From: Candidatus Eiseniibacteriota bacterium
GTDB lineage: Bacteria; Arandabacterota; Arandabacteria; JAGLYR01
Direction: 5' to 3'
Length of the DNA: 46,222 nucleotides
NCBI GenBank assembly: GCA_023132135.1
Contig: JAGLYR010000147.1
Span: forward strand, 1-46,222
The stretch's first letter is position 1, and every line of letters starts with the position of its first letter. Below are positions 1 to 8,045 of the stretch, in pieces. The translations under genes were made by a program, and so were the position numbers. The notes below the pieces were generated by a model, which worked only from the letters and a program-made list of their open reading frames with translations, had not been told where the DNA came from and did not search any database.

Positions 1-108
1 GGGGTCGATTTCGACCGGAGGCGTAGCCGATCTCCGCTGAGGATCGAAATCGGCGCCGCAACGAAGTCCAGACACATCCTGCGACACTCGCAGCAGGGAT
101 TCATAAAT

Positions 109-231
109 AATCCAGGCTAGTGATAGCGTGCTTGTTGAATTGCTCTTCGAAATGTTGTATAATGGAGTTGTGCGGATGCATTTGCCTGGATCATGCCCGG
201 ATCCGCCTGGATCCAGGCACAATCCAGGCTA
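109..231. promoter_or_regulatory. Cluster of ATCCAGGC / GCCTGGAT octamers (candidate operator array) around the promoter and leader of the 248..5149 operon
   Basis: ATCCAGGC at 110-117, 211-218 and 222-229. The reverse complement GCCTGGAT is at 184-191 and 205-212, with a one-mismatch copy GCCCGGAT at 195-202. The sites at 205-218 form a perfect 14-bp palindrome GCCTGGATCCAGGC. The 11-mer AATCCAGGCTA occurs at 109-119 and 221-231. Confidence 0.5.
135..163 (+). promoter_or_regulatory. sigma70-like promoter, TTGAAT-17 bp-TATAAT
   Basis: -35 TTGAAT at 135-140, 17-nt spacer, -10 TATAAT at 158-163. It lies about 85 nt upstream of the ATG at 248 in a locally AT-rich stretch. Confidence 0.6.
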
Positions 232-247
232 TGGGGAGGGTTGAGCA

Positions 248-1666
248 ATGAGATGGATGACACTTCTGGCTGTTGCAGGAATTCTGGCCGCAGTGGCCGG
301 GGTCGCGAACGCGACCCCCTACTGGAGTCCTGAGTACATCCAGTCCCTCAGGGACAGACCCGTTGTCAAGAGCGAGACCCATGAATTCCTGGCGTGGCAG
401 TCCCGGGATCATGACTACATGCTGGAATATGAACGGGTGGTCCAGTTCATCGCGTCGCTTCAGGTTATGGACCCCGAGGATCCCGACTACGGCGGACTGC
501 GGGAAGCCGAACACATGCTGAATGTAATCCAGACGGACAACACTTCCGAGCTGATCTGGGTTCTCAGCCGCTACCGGGAGATGACGGGCGATACGCAGTA
601 TGACGACCGCGTCCAGGCGGCATGGACGTACGTCATGAACTCCCCGGCATACCTGGAAGAGGGCGGCTCGGCCGCGACTACGGGTTACTATCGCATCTAC
701 AACTGCGGCTGGGCCCTGAGAGCAGAGATGAAATACCGCCAGGTGTACGGTGACGATACCTACACGGACTACGCGGACACGTGCGCAACCTACCTGGTCG
801 ACCACAATCTTCAGCTCACCGTGGATCCGACCTACATGATCATCAACCCCACGGTTCTGGCCTGGGCGGGCGGGAATCTGTACGCCTACGGCGTGGATCG
901 GGAGAACGAAACCTATCGCGAGTACGGGATGTTCCGGGGACGACGTGTAAAAAACTGGGTCGCAGCGGATTCCCTTCTCCTGGGCAAGGAAGCCTGGGCC
1001 ATGTCCGGCGGTGCGATCATGTGGGGAGTCCTGAACTCTTACTATCAGTACTATCCTGACAGTCTGGAGATCTGGGCGGGCGCGCTCGGACCCCATATGG
1101 ACACCTATTCCGATCCCGGGCAGTTCCAGAACGCCTGGAACGCCTGGTATTCTCTCGGTCATCTGGCAGCGGGCGAGACCCTGAACAGCCCGGACTATCT
1201 GGCGAACCATCATGCTCTGGTGGACACCCTTCTTTTCGAAGACGGGGACGACGACGGAGGCATTCCGGCCAAGCCGGCGGATACCGATGACATGGACCAC
1301 GCCTGGATTGCCAACTACCAAGCCTTCATGGGGCTCGATGCCCTCATCAGCACAACCGACATAGCGTGGAACACCCCAGGAAATGGTCTTAATGTTGTAC
1401 TTGAAGACAACTGGCCTAACCCGTTCAATCCATATACGACTATATGCTTCTCTATTCCTAACGCGGGGAGCGTTTCTCTTCAGGTGTTCAGCGTCGAGGG
1501 ACGGATGGTGAGGACGCTCCTGGACGGCTACTGCCAGGAGGGCCACGGGGTCGTGTCGTGGGACGGTCTGGACGAATGCGGCCGGACCGTCTCCCCCGGC
1601 GTGTACTTCTACAGACTTGCCGCAGGCGGCGAGGCCCTCAGTCGCAAGATGGTGCTGGTGAAGTAG
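248..1666 (+). CDS. Secreted protein of unknown function with C-terminal FlgD-Ig / T9SS type-A sorting-domain-like CTD
   Basis: 472-aa ORF. GGGGAGGG Shine-Dalgarno lies 7 nt before the ATG. Signal peptide MRWMTLLAVAGILAAVAGVANA. The C-terminus (NWPNPFNPYTTICFSIP...GVYFYRL...RKMVLVK) matches the CTD shared by five other ORFs in the window. The central domain is unassigned. Confidence 0.8.
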   Translation: MRWMTLLAVAGILAAVAGVANATPYWSPEYIQSLRDRPVVKSETHEFLAWQSRDHDYMLEYERVVQFIASLQVMDPEDPDYGGLREAEHMLNVIQTDNTSELIWVLSRYREMTGDTQYDDRVQAAWTYVMNSPAYLEEGGSAATTGYYRIYNCGWALRAEMKYRQVYGDDTYTDYADTCATYLVDHNLQLTVDPTYMIINPTVLAWAGGNLYAYGVDRENETYREYGMFRGRRVKNWVAADSLLLGKEAWAMSGGAIMWGVLNSYYQYYPDSLEIWAGALGPHMDTYSDPGQFQNAWNAWYSLGHLAAGETLNSPDYLANHHALVDTLLFEDGDDDGGIPAKPADTDDMDHAWIANYQAFMGLDALISTTDIAWNTPGNGLNVVLEDNWPNPFNPYTTICFSIPNAGSVSLQVFSVEGRMVRTLLDGYCQEGHGVVSWDGLDECGRTVSPGVYFYRLAAGGEALSRKMVLVK

Positions 1667-1687
1667 AATGTATCGAGGTGAACCCGA

Positions 1688-4600
1688 TTGAGACAAGTCC
1701 GGCCATCCAGTCTGCTGATCACGTTGGGGATACTCGCGACCTTGAGCTCCGCAGCTGCGGGTGAGACGCTCATGCTCAGGGTCACATCCACTCCCTATGA
1801 GATCGCGCGGCTGGATTCCGGTTTCGATCGCGTGTCGATGGAGGGCTTCTCACGTTCCCTGGTTCCAGGCAAACCGCGGTTGCCCGCCAGAGTCGTCCAC
1901 GTTCCTCTCCCGCCCGGCGTAAGGGTATCGTCCGTCGAACTCGCTGCTTCGCACACCGTGCTGCTCCCCGGCCGCTATCGCGTGGAGGCCGCCGGGCCCA
2001 TGACTCCAGCGGGTGCAGATCCCCGGGATACGGAGGAGTGCCTGGAAACCTGGTCCGCCAATCACGAGAACACCTACGGATCCAACAAACCATGCCCGCC
2101 TTCGCCCATCGAACTGCTGGGCCAGAGCGCCAGGGGATCGGAGGTCTTCGCTCGTGTGAGATTCTCACCTTTCCGCTACCGTCCCCTCTCCGAAACACTG
2201 GAGCTCGTTGAATGGGCCGACATCGTGGTCCACTACGAACCACTGGACACGCCACAGCCGCTTTTCACGAAGAGGAGTACGGGCGCCCGCGACGGGTCCT
2301 TCCCCTACGTCATTGTCACTACCGATTCACTCTCTGCGGCCGTCGACACCCTGGTAACGTGGAAGACGTACGTGGGGCTGCCGACGCAGGTGGTCACGGA
2401 TTCCTGGATTGCATCGAATTACGCCGGTGAGGACATCCAGGAGAAGGTCCGCAATTTCCTGATCGACAAGTACACGGACTGGGGCATCCAGTGGGTGCTG
2501 ATCGTCGCAGACAGTACCGCAGTCCCGATGCGGGCCTGTCATCCCGTTGCCAACAGCCCGTACGGCATACTCCCCACGGACTACTACTACGCGGATCTGA
2601 CGGGCGATTGGGATTCGGACGGCGACGGGTACTATGGCGAATACGGTAACGACGACTACGACTACGTCGCCGAGGTCTTCGTGGGGCGGATCCCTTTCGG
2701 GGAGTTCGACGCCGTGAAGTCCGTTTGCGAGAAACTGGTGGCCGTCGAGGCCGACACCACAGACTGGAAACACGATGCCCTTCTCATGGGCGCGATCCTG
2801 AATTTTGAGAACGAGGCCCATATGGGACGGCCCCGAACGGACGGGGCGGAACTCATGGAACAGCTCCGGACCGACGTTTTCCTGAACGGAACCAGACACA
2901 CGTTGTACGAGAAGGAAGGCATCGAACCCTGCCCCTACGAATGCACGTGGCCTATCGAACTGTACCGGGTCCGGCAGATGTGGAGCGCCGGAGACTATGG
3001 ACTGGTCACGTGGCACTCTCACGGGCTCTTCGATGAGGCAAAGCGCAAGTACTGGGAATGGGACGACGGCGACAGTATTCCCGAATACGCTGAGCTGGAG
3101 CGATTCCCATTCTTGTGGAGCCAGGAGGCCGATTCGCTGGACGACGAGCATCCCGGAGTCGTTTTCGCTTGTGCCTGCGACAACGGGGATCAGGATGAGC
3201 CCGTGAATCTGGCTTTCGCACTTCTGAAAAACGGGGCTTCCTCCATCGTCGCGGCAACGCGTCCCGGCTACTACACCAACGGCTGGCTGGACAAGAGCGA
3301 CGGCGGCATTGCGTCTCTCGACTATTATTTCTTCGACGCCCTTGTTGGTGGGCAGAAGGTCGGCGAAGCCCTGTTCACAACCAAGGAAGTCTACGCGGAT
3401 AGTTTCTTCTGGTGGGATGTCGCCTCTCATCAGAACATGCTCACTTTCTGCCTCTACGGAGACCCTGCTTTTGTTCAGCCCGGGATCGGGGCCCTGACAC
3501 CGGAAATCGTGGTCCAGTCCCCCGCGGCGGGTGAGAACGGCATCCCCGTGTGGTCCGGAATTGAGATGACCTTCTCCCGCCCGATGAAGGCTCAGACTAT
3601 CAATGGGAACTCCTGGATTGTTACAGGGCAACGGTCGGGTCCCCACTGCGGCGTGGTGGACTACGATCCGGCCACACTTACGGCTCACTTCGCCCCGGAG
3701 CAGGAATTCGCTCCCGGCGAGCAGGTAACCGTTGTCCTGACCGACACCGTCATCTCCACAATGAGTCTGCGACTGGAGCATCCTTACGTCTGCGGTTTCT
3801 TCACCCGATCCTTTGACGGGACCGGGGACTTCGCGACCGCCGACACACTGGAGATCGCCGGGTATCCGTCTGCCGTGGCCGCCGCGGATCTCAACGCAGA
3901 CGGTTTGCCGGACCTTGCGGTCACCCCAAGTCAGGGCCATCAGGTCAGTGTTTTCCTCAACCTCGGCAACGGGCACTACGCCGGCGCTGTCGACTTCCCC
4001 GGTGGGGTAACCCCGGCAGCCATCGCACCCGGAGATCTTGACGGGGACGGTGCGGTCGACCTGGCTGTGGCCGGCGATGGGACCCTGACCCTTCTGTTCA
4101 ACGACGGCAACGGTTCCTTTCCGTCCCAATCCACCTACACCGTCGGCGACAGCGCGTCTGCCGTGGTGGTAGGTGAGATCGACGGTGACGGAGATCTCGA
4201 TCTGGTCGTGGCCGATCGAAGCCTGGACAGCGTGTGGGTGTTCTTCAACGAAGGCGACACCCTGAGCGCGCCGACGGTCCTGTGGGCGGGCGCCCGGCCC
4301 ACTGCCCTGGCGTTTGGTGACATTGACGGCGACGGCTGGATGGACCTGCTCTGTGCACTCCGGGAGAGCGATTCGCTGGCGGTCTTCATCAACGAGGGCG
4401 GGAGCTACGGCGCCAGAACCACAGTGTTGCTGGGAGGACCCTCGAGCGCTGTCACCTGCGGGGACCTGAACGGAGACACCTGGATCGACGTGGCCGTCAC
4501 CGATCCTGCTGCGGATTGCGTCCGGGTCTTTCTGAACCAGGGCGGAGTCCTGCTGCCGGATTCAACCTACAGTACCGGGGGCGCGCCCCTGGATGTGGCC

Positions 4601-5149
4601 ATCAGCGACTTCGATGGCGATGGGGACCTTGATCTCGCAACCGCCGACTACGGCGGGGCCGGCGTGACAGTTTTCCTAAACAATGGAGACGGCTTTGTCC
4701 CAACGGAACGTCCCGTTGCCGCCGGGGTGGCGGGTTTAGCCGTGTGTGATTCGGACAACGATTCCGATGTCGACCTGGTGGCGGCCCTCGCCGCTCCCAA
4801 CAGCAATGTGATGGTGTTGCTTAACTCATCTGATCCGACGGCCGCCGACGAGGGGAGCGGAATCTCCATCTCCCGCCTAGCCCTGCACCAGAACACACCC
4901 AATCCGTTCAACCCTGTGACCGAAATCCGGTTTGACCTGCCCCGGGCAATGCCGGTTTCCCTCGCCGTCTACGATGTGCGCGGCCGCCTGGCCCGCCGCC
5001 TGATGAACGCGAACCTGCCTGCGGGCGCACATCGGGTTGTCTGGGACGGCCACAACGAGCATGGCCGGCAGGTCGCGTCGGGAATCTACCTGTACCGGTT
5101 GGAAACAGGTCGGGAGACGTTGGTGCGAAAGATGGTGGTCGTTCGGTAG
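1688..5149 (+). CDS. Peptidase C25 (gingipain-like) family protein with Ig-like domain, FG-GAP/VCBS repeats and T9SS-type CTD
   Basis: 1153-aa ORF with a TTG start and GAGGTGA SD 6 nt upstream; it begins 22 nt after the previous stop. Signal peptide present. C25-like pattern: YVIVTTDSL...LVTWK, candidate catalytic His in TWHSHG and Cys in VFACACDNG. There are about seven D-x-D-G-D-G-x-x-D FG-GAP repeats. CTD reads NTPNPFNPVTEIRFDLP...GIYLYRL...RKMVVVR. Confidence 0.75.
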   Translation: MRQVRPSSLLITLGILATLSSAAAGETLMLRVTSTPYEIARLDSGFDRVSMEGFSRSLVPGKPRLPARVVHVPLPPGVRVSSVELAASHTVLLPGRYRVEAAGPMTPAGADPRDTEECLETWSANHENTYGSNKPCPPSPIELLGQSARGSEVFARVRFSPFRYRPLSETLELVEWADIVVHYEPLDTPQPLFTKRSTGARDGSFPYVIVTTDSLSAAVDTLVTWKTYVGLPTQVVTDSWIASNYAGEDIQEKVRNFLIDKYTDWGIQWVLIVADSTAVPMRACHPVANSPYGILPTDYYYADLTGDWDSDGDGYYGEYGNDDYDYVAEVFVGRIPFGEFDAVKSVCEKLVAVEADTTDWKHDALLMGAILNFENEAHMGRPRTDGAELMEQLRTDVFLNGTRHTLYEKEGIEPCPYECTWPIELYRVRQMWSAGDYGLVTWHSHGLFDEAKRKYWEWDDGDSIPEYAELERFPFLWSQEADSLDDEHPGVVFACACDNGDQDEPVNLAFALLKNGASSIVAATRPGYYTNGWLDKSDGGIASLDYYFFDALVGGQKVGEALFTTKEVYADSFFWWDVASHQNMLTFCLYGDPAFVQPGIGALTPEIVVQSPAAGENGIPVWSGIEMTFSRPMKAQTINGNSWIVTGQRSGPHCGVVDYDPATLTAHFAPEQEFAPGEQVTVVLTDTVISTMSLRLEHPYVCGFFTRSFDGTGDFATADTLEIAGYPSAVAAADLNADGLPDLAVTPSQGHQVSVFLNLGNGHYAGAVDFPGGVTPAAIAPGDLDGDGAVDLAVAGDGTLTLLFNDGNGSFPSQSTYTVGDSASAVVVGEIDGDGDLDLVVADRSLDSVWVFFNEGDTLSAPTVLWAGARPTALAFGDIDGDGWMDLLCALRESDSLAVFINEGGSYGARTTVLLGGPSSAVTCGDLNGDTWIDVAVTDPAADCVRVFLNQGGVLLPDSTYSTGGAPLDVAISDFDGDGDLDLATADYGGAGVTVFLNNGDGFVPTERPVAAGVAGLAVCDSDNDSDVDLVAALAAPNSNVMVLLNSSDPTAADEGSGISISRLALHQNTPNPFNPVTEIRFDLPRAMPVSLAVYDVRGRLARRLMNANLPAGAHRVVWDGHNEHGRQVASGIYLYRLETGRETLVRKMVVVR

Positions 5150-5175
5150 CCCGCGCCCTTTGTGGTCTTCGTGGT

Positions 5176-5808
5176 TCAAGCTTCGCCGTGCTTCTCGCAG
5201 AGATCCAGCACAGCCGCCTCGATTTGCCCCGCCACGTCATCCACCGATGCACTCGCGTCGACGTGTCTGATCCTGGGCCCCGTCAACGATCGGAACACGG
5301 CCGCCACCTTTTCGAGGTACTCCTCCCTCTCAAAACCCGTCGTCCCCTGCCCCCGCCGGTTGACGCGTCCGAGTCCGGTCGCCGGATCCGTGTCCATGAT
5401 GAGCCACAAGTCGGGCTCCGGCGCAAAAGCCTCGTTCGCCTCCCGGACGCCATCCGGCGTCATGCCCTCCAGCACACCCTGGTACGCCACGCTGGAGAAG
5501 TAGTACCGGTCCAGGACAACGATTTCCTTCTCCTTCAACGCGGGCTTGATCAGTTCCTGGATGTGCGCCTTCCGGTCGGCGATGAAAAGATCGACTTCTT
5601 CCCTGGGGGACAGGGATCGTTCAGATTTCGACGCCTCCAGAATCCGTCTCCCGTGGGGTCCCCCGGTAGGCTCACAGGACAGGGCGACGGAATAGCCCCG
5701 TTTCACGAGGGCGGCCACCAGCCGCCGCGCCTGTGTGCTTTTCCCCGTACCGTCGATCCCCTCAATGGCGATGAGGAGACCTTTGCTGAGTTGCATACTC
5801 ACACGCAC
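5176..5808 (-). CDS. tmk: Thymidylate (dTMP) kinase
   Basis: P-loop LIAIEGIDGTGKSTQ with overall Tmk-like layout. 5808 is the longest ORF (GTG start). The GGAGG at 5808-5812 favours a start at GTG 5802 or ATG 5796. Confidence 0.9.
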   Translation of the reverse strand: MRVSMQLSKGLLIAIEGIDGTGKSTQARRLVAALVKRGYSVALSCEPTGGPHGRRILEASKSERSLSPREEVDLFIADRKAHIQELIKPALKEKEIVVLDRYYFSSVAYQGVLEGMTPDGVREANEAFAPEPDLWLIMDTDPATGLGRVNRRGQGTTGFEREEYLEKVAAVFRSLTGPRIRHVDASASVDDVAGQIEAAVLDLCEKHGEA

Positions 5809-5895
5809 CTCCAGTTATCCCAGCTGAGACCGATGGCATTGTTCGTGAACGCGGAATCAACGTCAAGGCAATTCCGTTTTTCCGGTTTTCCCCTC

Positions 5896-5924
5896 TTGCA
5901 TAGGACTGCACCCTGTTCTACTAT
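5896..5924 (+). promoter_or_regulatory. sigma70-like promoter, TTGCAT-17 bp-TACTAT
   Basis: -35 at 5896-5901, 17-nt spacer, -10 at 5919-5924, about 80 nt upstream of the ATG at 6003. Confidence 0.5.
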
Positions 5925-6002
5925 GGACCCGGCTTCTTGTCTAAGCATCTGCAATCGGTGATTTTGTTTCATGGGGACACTCACCCTACTGTGGAGGCAT
6001 CC

Positions 6003-7049
6003 ATGAGCGCTGCACGCGCAAGTTCCGGACTCGCACTCATAGTCATCCTCATCGCATGCGCGGCAACACCTGCGAGTGCAATGCCGGATTCCAGCACCGC
6101 GTACCATGCAATCACCGGGATTAGTCCTACCCGAGTCGCTGCCGGCGATGTTGTGACAATTCGGGGTGTCGGGTTTCCACTGGCGCCCTGGAGAACCCGG
6201 CTGGAGGTGGACGGCCAGGAAATCCCCTTGCAGCATTTCAAGATCGTCTCGCCCGCCGAGATCCACCTGACACTCCAGGCCGGTGGAGCATCGGGAACGT
6301 CCCGGGTCCCCGGGGAACGGGAACACTCGGTCGTCGTGTGGGTGGATGAACAACCGTCCAACACCGCGATCTTCACGGAGATCGGTTGGGGTGTCGTGAC
6401 ACAGCCACGTGTCTTCATCCCCATACTCGTGTATCTGGTGCTTCTTGCCGGAACGCTGCTCCTCCAGGGCGGCGGCTTGTTCCTGAGCGCCACGGGCAAT
6501 CTGAGCCTGTCGAAAATCCAGATGGGCATCTGGATCCTTCTGTTCAGCTTCTCCTACGTCCTTCTCGCCTCCATCTGGAGGGACTTTATCCCCGTGACTC
6601 CGGGAATGCTCTGGCTGTTGGGAATCAGCTCCGCCACTGCGGTCGGCGCGAAGGTCATCGCCAAGAAGAACGATCCGGACCCGCCCCTGCGGAGCCGGGC
6701 CAGCCGCATCTGCTCGGAGATTCATCCCACGCTCGGAACCTACAAGTGTGAGATTCACCGGTGCCAGGCCATGCTGTGGACGTTGATCGTCCTGGTGGTC
6801 TATGCGGTGCAGCTCATCTCGACAATGCACCTGCCGGACATCCCCGGCGTACTTCTAATCCTGATGGGTGTGGGAAGCGGGACGTATCTGGGCTTCAAGT
6901 ACCCCAAGACCGTCGTTCGCGCCCGGTCCGAGAGCAGCGCGCGGAGGCCCGAGCAGTCCGCAAAGGTGTGGAGGAAGCGGCCGCGACGGCGCCCGAGCGG
7001 CACTTCCAGCGGTACTTCCAGCGGCGCTTCCAACGGCGATAAAAAGTAG
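6003..7049 (+). CDS. Membrane protein: signal/anchor, one IPT/TIG-like Ig domain, about four TM helices and a basic Ser/Gly-rich tail
   Basis: ORF frame is open from 5937, but GGAGG lies 5 nt before the ATG at 6003, which starts a signal-like MSAARASSGLALIVILIACAATPASA. IPT/TIG-like pattern ITGISPTRVAAGDVVTIRGVGF. Hydrophobic segments: VFIPILVYLVLLAGTLLL, MGIWILLFSFSYVLLASI, MLWLLGISSATAV, MLWTLIVLVVYAV and LLILMGVGSGTYL. Confidence 0.7.
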   Translation: MSAARASSGLALIVILIACAATPASAMPDSSTAYHAITGISPTRVAAGDVVTIRGVGFPLAPWRTRLEVDGQEIPLQHFKIVSPAEIHLTLQAGGASGTSRVPGEREHSVVVWVDEQPSNTAIFTEIGWGVVTQPRVFIPILVYLVLLAGTLLLQGGGLFLSATGNLSLSKIQMGIWILLFSFSYVLLASIWRDFIPVTPGMLWLLGISSATAVGAKVIAKKNDPDPPLRSRASRICSEIHPTLGTYKCEIHRCQAMLWTLIVLVVYAVQLISTMHLPDIPGVLLILMGVGSGTYLGFKYPKTVVRARSESSARRPEQSAKVWRKRPRRRPSGTSSGTSSGASNGDKK

Positions 7050-7057
7050 ACGCTGTC

Positions 7058-7642
7058 ATGGACACACGTGGTTCAGGCTTTTTCCTATTGCTCCTCGTCA
7101 CCTGGATACCGTCTTGTGCTCCTCCCCCACCGTTGGAGTATGTTCACGAGGAACCGGGGCCGTCCGACCATCTTTACGCCGATCATCACATCCTCGAGAT
7201 TGCTTCGCAGGTTCAGGACATCACGGTGCGCGCTGTTTCGGAGGCTGTTGTCCGTCTCGATCGCGGCACTCCGGACTATGGCCCCCTTGAGTTCACCAGC
7301 TCCCTCGGATTGAGACTGACGTACAAGGTCACGGCGGAAGATAGGCTCGACCATCACAGGATCACACTGTCCTCAACCCGGCCCCCTCTCTCCGACGCCG
7401 CCGCACTGAACATGCTCCGTTTTGTTGCCGACCTTCTGGGTGTCCAGGTATCCGAAGCCCATCGGGATGACGACCGTCGCTACGTCCTCCCCTTTGATCT
7501 CAACCGCGAAGGACAGACCGCTCTGCTGGATAACCTCCAGACCGCGTTTGACCAGGATGACATCCTCCTGATCTGGAAACAATCCGTGCTCAATCAGGTG
7601 TCCGTGAAGCCGATACGACTGGAATCGTTATATGACCAGTAG
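7058..7642 (+). CDS. Hypothetical lipoprotein
   Basis: 194-aa ORF starting 9 nt after the previous stop. Lipobox-like N-terminus MDTRGSGFFLLLLVTWIPSC. No recognisable domain. Confidence 0.65.
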   Translation: MDTRGSGFFLLLLVTWIPSCAPPPPLEYVHEEPGPSDHLYADHHILEIASQVQDITVRAVSEAVVRLDRGTPDYGPLEFTSSLGLRLTYKVTAEDRLDHHRITLSSTRPPLSDAAALNMLRFVADLLGVQVSEAHRDDDRRYVLPFDLNREGQTALLDNLQTAFDQDDILLIWKQSVLNQVSVKPIRLESLYDQ

Positions 7643-7667
7643 GCCGTCGGGTCAGGCCGCTGCTTTT
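7637..7667 (+). terminator. Possible intrinsic terminator after the 7058..7642 gene
   Basis: Imperfect stem CAG-GGCC / GGCC-CTG with a 9-nt loop, followed by CTTTTG. It overlaps the TAG stop codon. Confidence 0.3.
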
Positions 7668-7670
7668 GTC

Positions 7671-7699
7671 TTGACACGACGGCAACGTTTTCATATTCT
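7671..7699 (+). promoter_or_regulatory. sigma70-like promoter for the tRNA pair, TTGACA-17 bp-TATTCT
   Basis: -35 at 7671-7676, 17-nt spacer, -10 at 7694-7699. tRNA-Gln starts 13 nt downstream of the -10. Confidence 0.55.
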
Positions 7700-7711
7700 T
7701 CGAAGCTAAGT

Positions 7712-7785
7712 TGGGGAGTCGTCTAATGGCAGGACTGCAGACTCTGGATCTGTCTATGGGGGTTCAAATCCTCCCTCCCCAGCCA
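7712..7785 (+). tRNA. tRNA-Gln (anticodon CUG)
   Basis: Hand-folded cloverleaf. Acceptor TGGGGAG/CTCCCCA with the U1-A72 pair typical of bacterial tRNA-Gln. D arm GTCT-AATGGCA-GGAC. Anticodon arm GCAGA-CTCTGGA-TCTGT (anticodon CTG). T arm GGGGG-TTCAAAT-CCTCC. Discriminator G and an encoded CCA. Confidence 0.9.
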
Positions 7786-7811
7786 GAAAAGCAGAGATGA
7801 AGGAAACACGC

Positions 7812-7887
7812 GGCCCCATCGTCTAGTGGTCGAGGATAGATGGTTCTCAGCCATCAGACCGGGGTTCGATTCCCCGTGGGGCTGCCA
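7812..7887 (+). tRNA. tRNA-Glu (anticodon CUC)
   Basis: Aligns to the classical bacterial tRNA-Glu layout (GxCCCCxTCGTCTAG...GGGGTTCGAxTCCCC...GCCA). Anticodon arm GATGG-TTCTCAG-CCATC (anticodon CTC). CCA is encoded. The acceptor stem closes with a G1-U72 wobble. Confidence 0.9.
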
Positions 7888-7936
7888 GCACGCGTATGCG
7901 CCGGGCGATTATCGCCCGGCGTTTGCGCGTGCTGGC
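7884..7936 (+). terminator. Compound hairpin immediately after tRNA-Glu (terminator-like)
   Basis: Outer arms GCCAGCACGCG (7884-7894) and CGCGTGCTGGC (7926-7936). Inner hairpin GCGCCGGGCGA-TTA-TCGCCCGGCG is followed by TTTG. Confidence 0.5.
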
Positions 7937-7966
7937 GGAGAGGTGAGAGGAGAAAGGTGAAAGGTG

Positions 7967-7983
7967 AAAAGCCCCGCAGGGGC
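7967..7983 (-). terminator. Intrinsic terminator for the minus-strand OMP gene
   Basis: On the minus strand, GCCCC-TGC-GGGGC is followed by TTTTCACCTTTC, about 60 nt downstream of the stop at 8046. Confidence 0.55.
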
Positions 7984-8045
7984 TCCGCCCACAAGAAATC
8001 GGTGTTATGTCCCCGATTACGGGTGGGCTGCTGATTCCAGCTCGG

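Noticed and set aside
1-100. Inverted repeats at the window start (CGATTTCGA at 6-14 with TCGAAATCG at 44-52; hairpin CTGCGA-CAC-TCGCAG at 79-93), considered as a terminator or ncRNA.
   Set aside because: No U-tract follows either structure. The region is cut by the window edge, so the upstream context is unknown, and the stems are short enough to arise by chance.
191-1696. Long antisense or overlapping ORFs throughout the track. Examples: 191..1696 (-), 2327..4129 (-), 5799..6830 (-), 13118..14284 (+), 16371..17750 (+), 17641..19038 (+), 22343..23542 (-), 28242..30236 (-), 35960..37423 (+) and 43162..44412 (+).
   Set aside because: Each lies opposite or out of frame to an ORF with clear family motifs, a signal peptide or an SD. 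Their translations are Arg/Pro/Gly-rich low-complexity strings typical of shadow ORFs in GC-rich DNA, and they have no motif content.
7712-8045. The tRNA-Gln/tRNA-Glu pair as an integration hotspot marking a genomic island (secretome genes downstream).
   Set aside because: No integrase or transposase is present, and I found no direct repeat of either tRNA 3-prime end elsewhere in the window. Composition downstream is the same as upstream.
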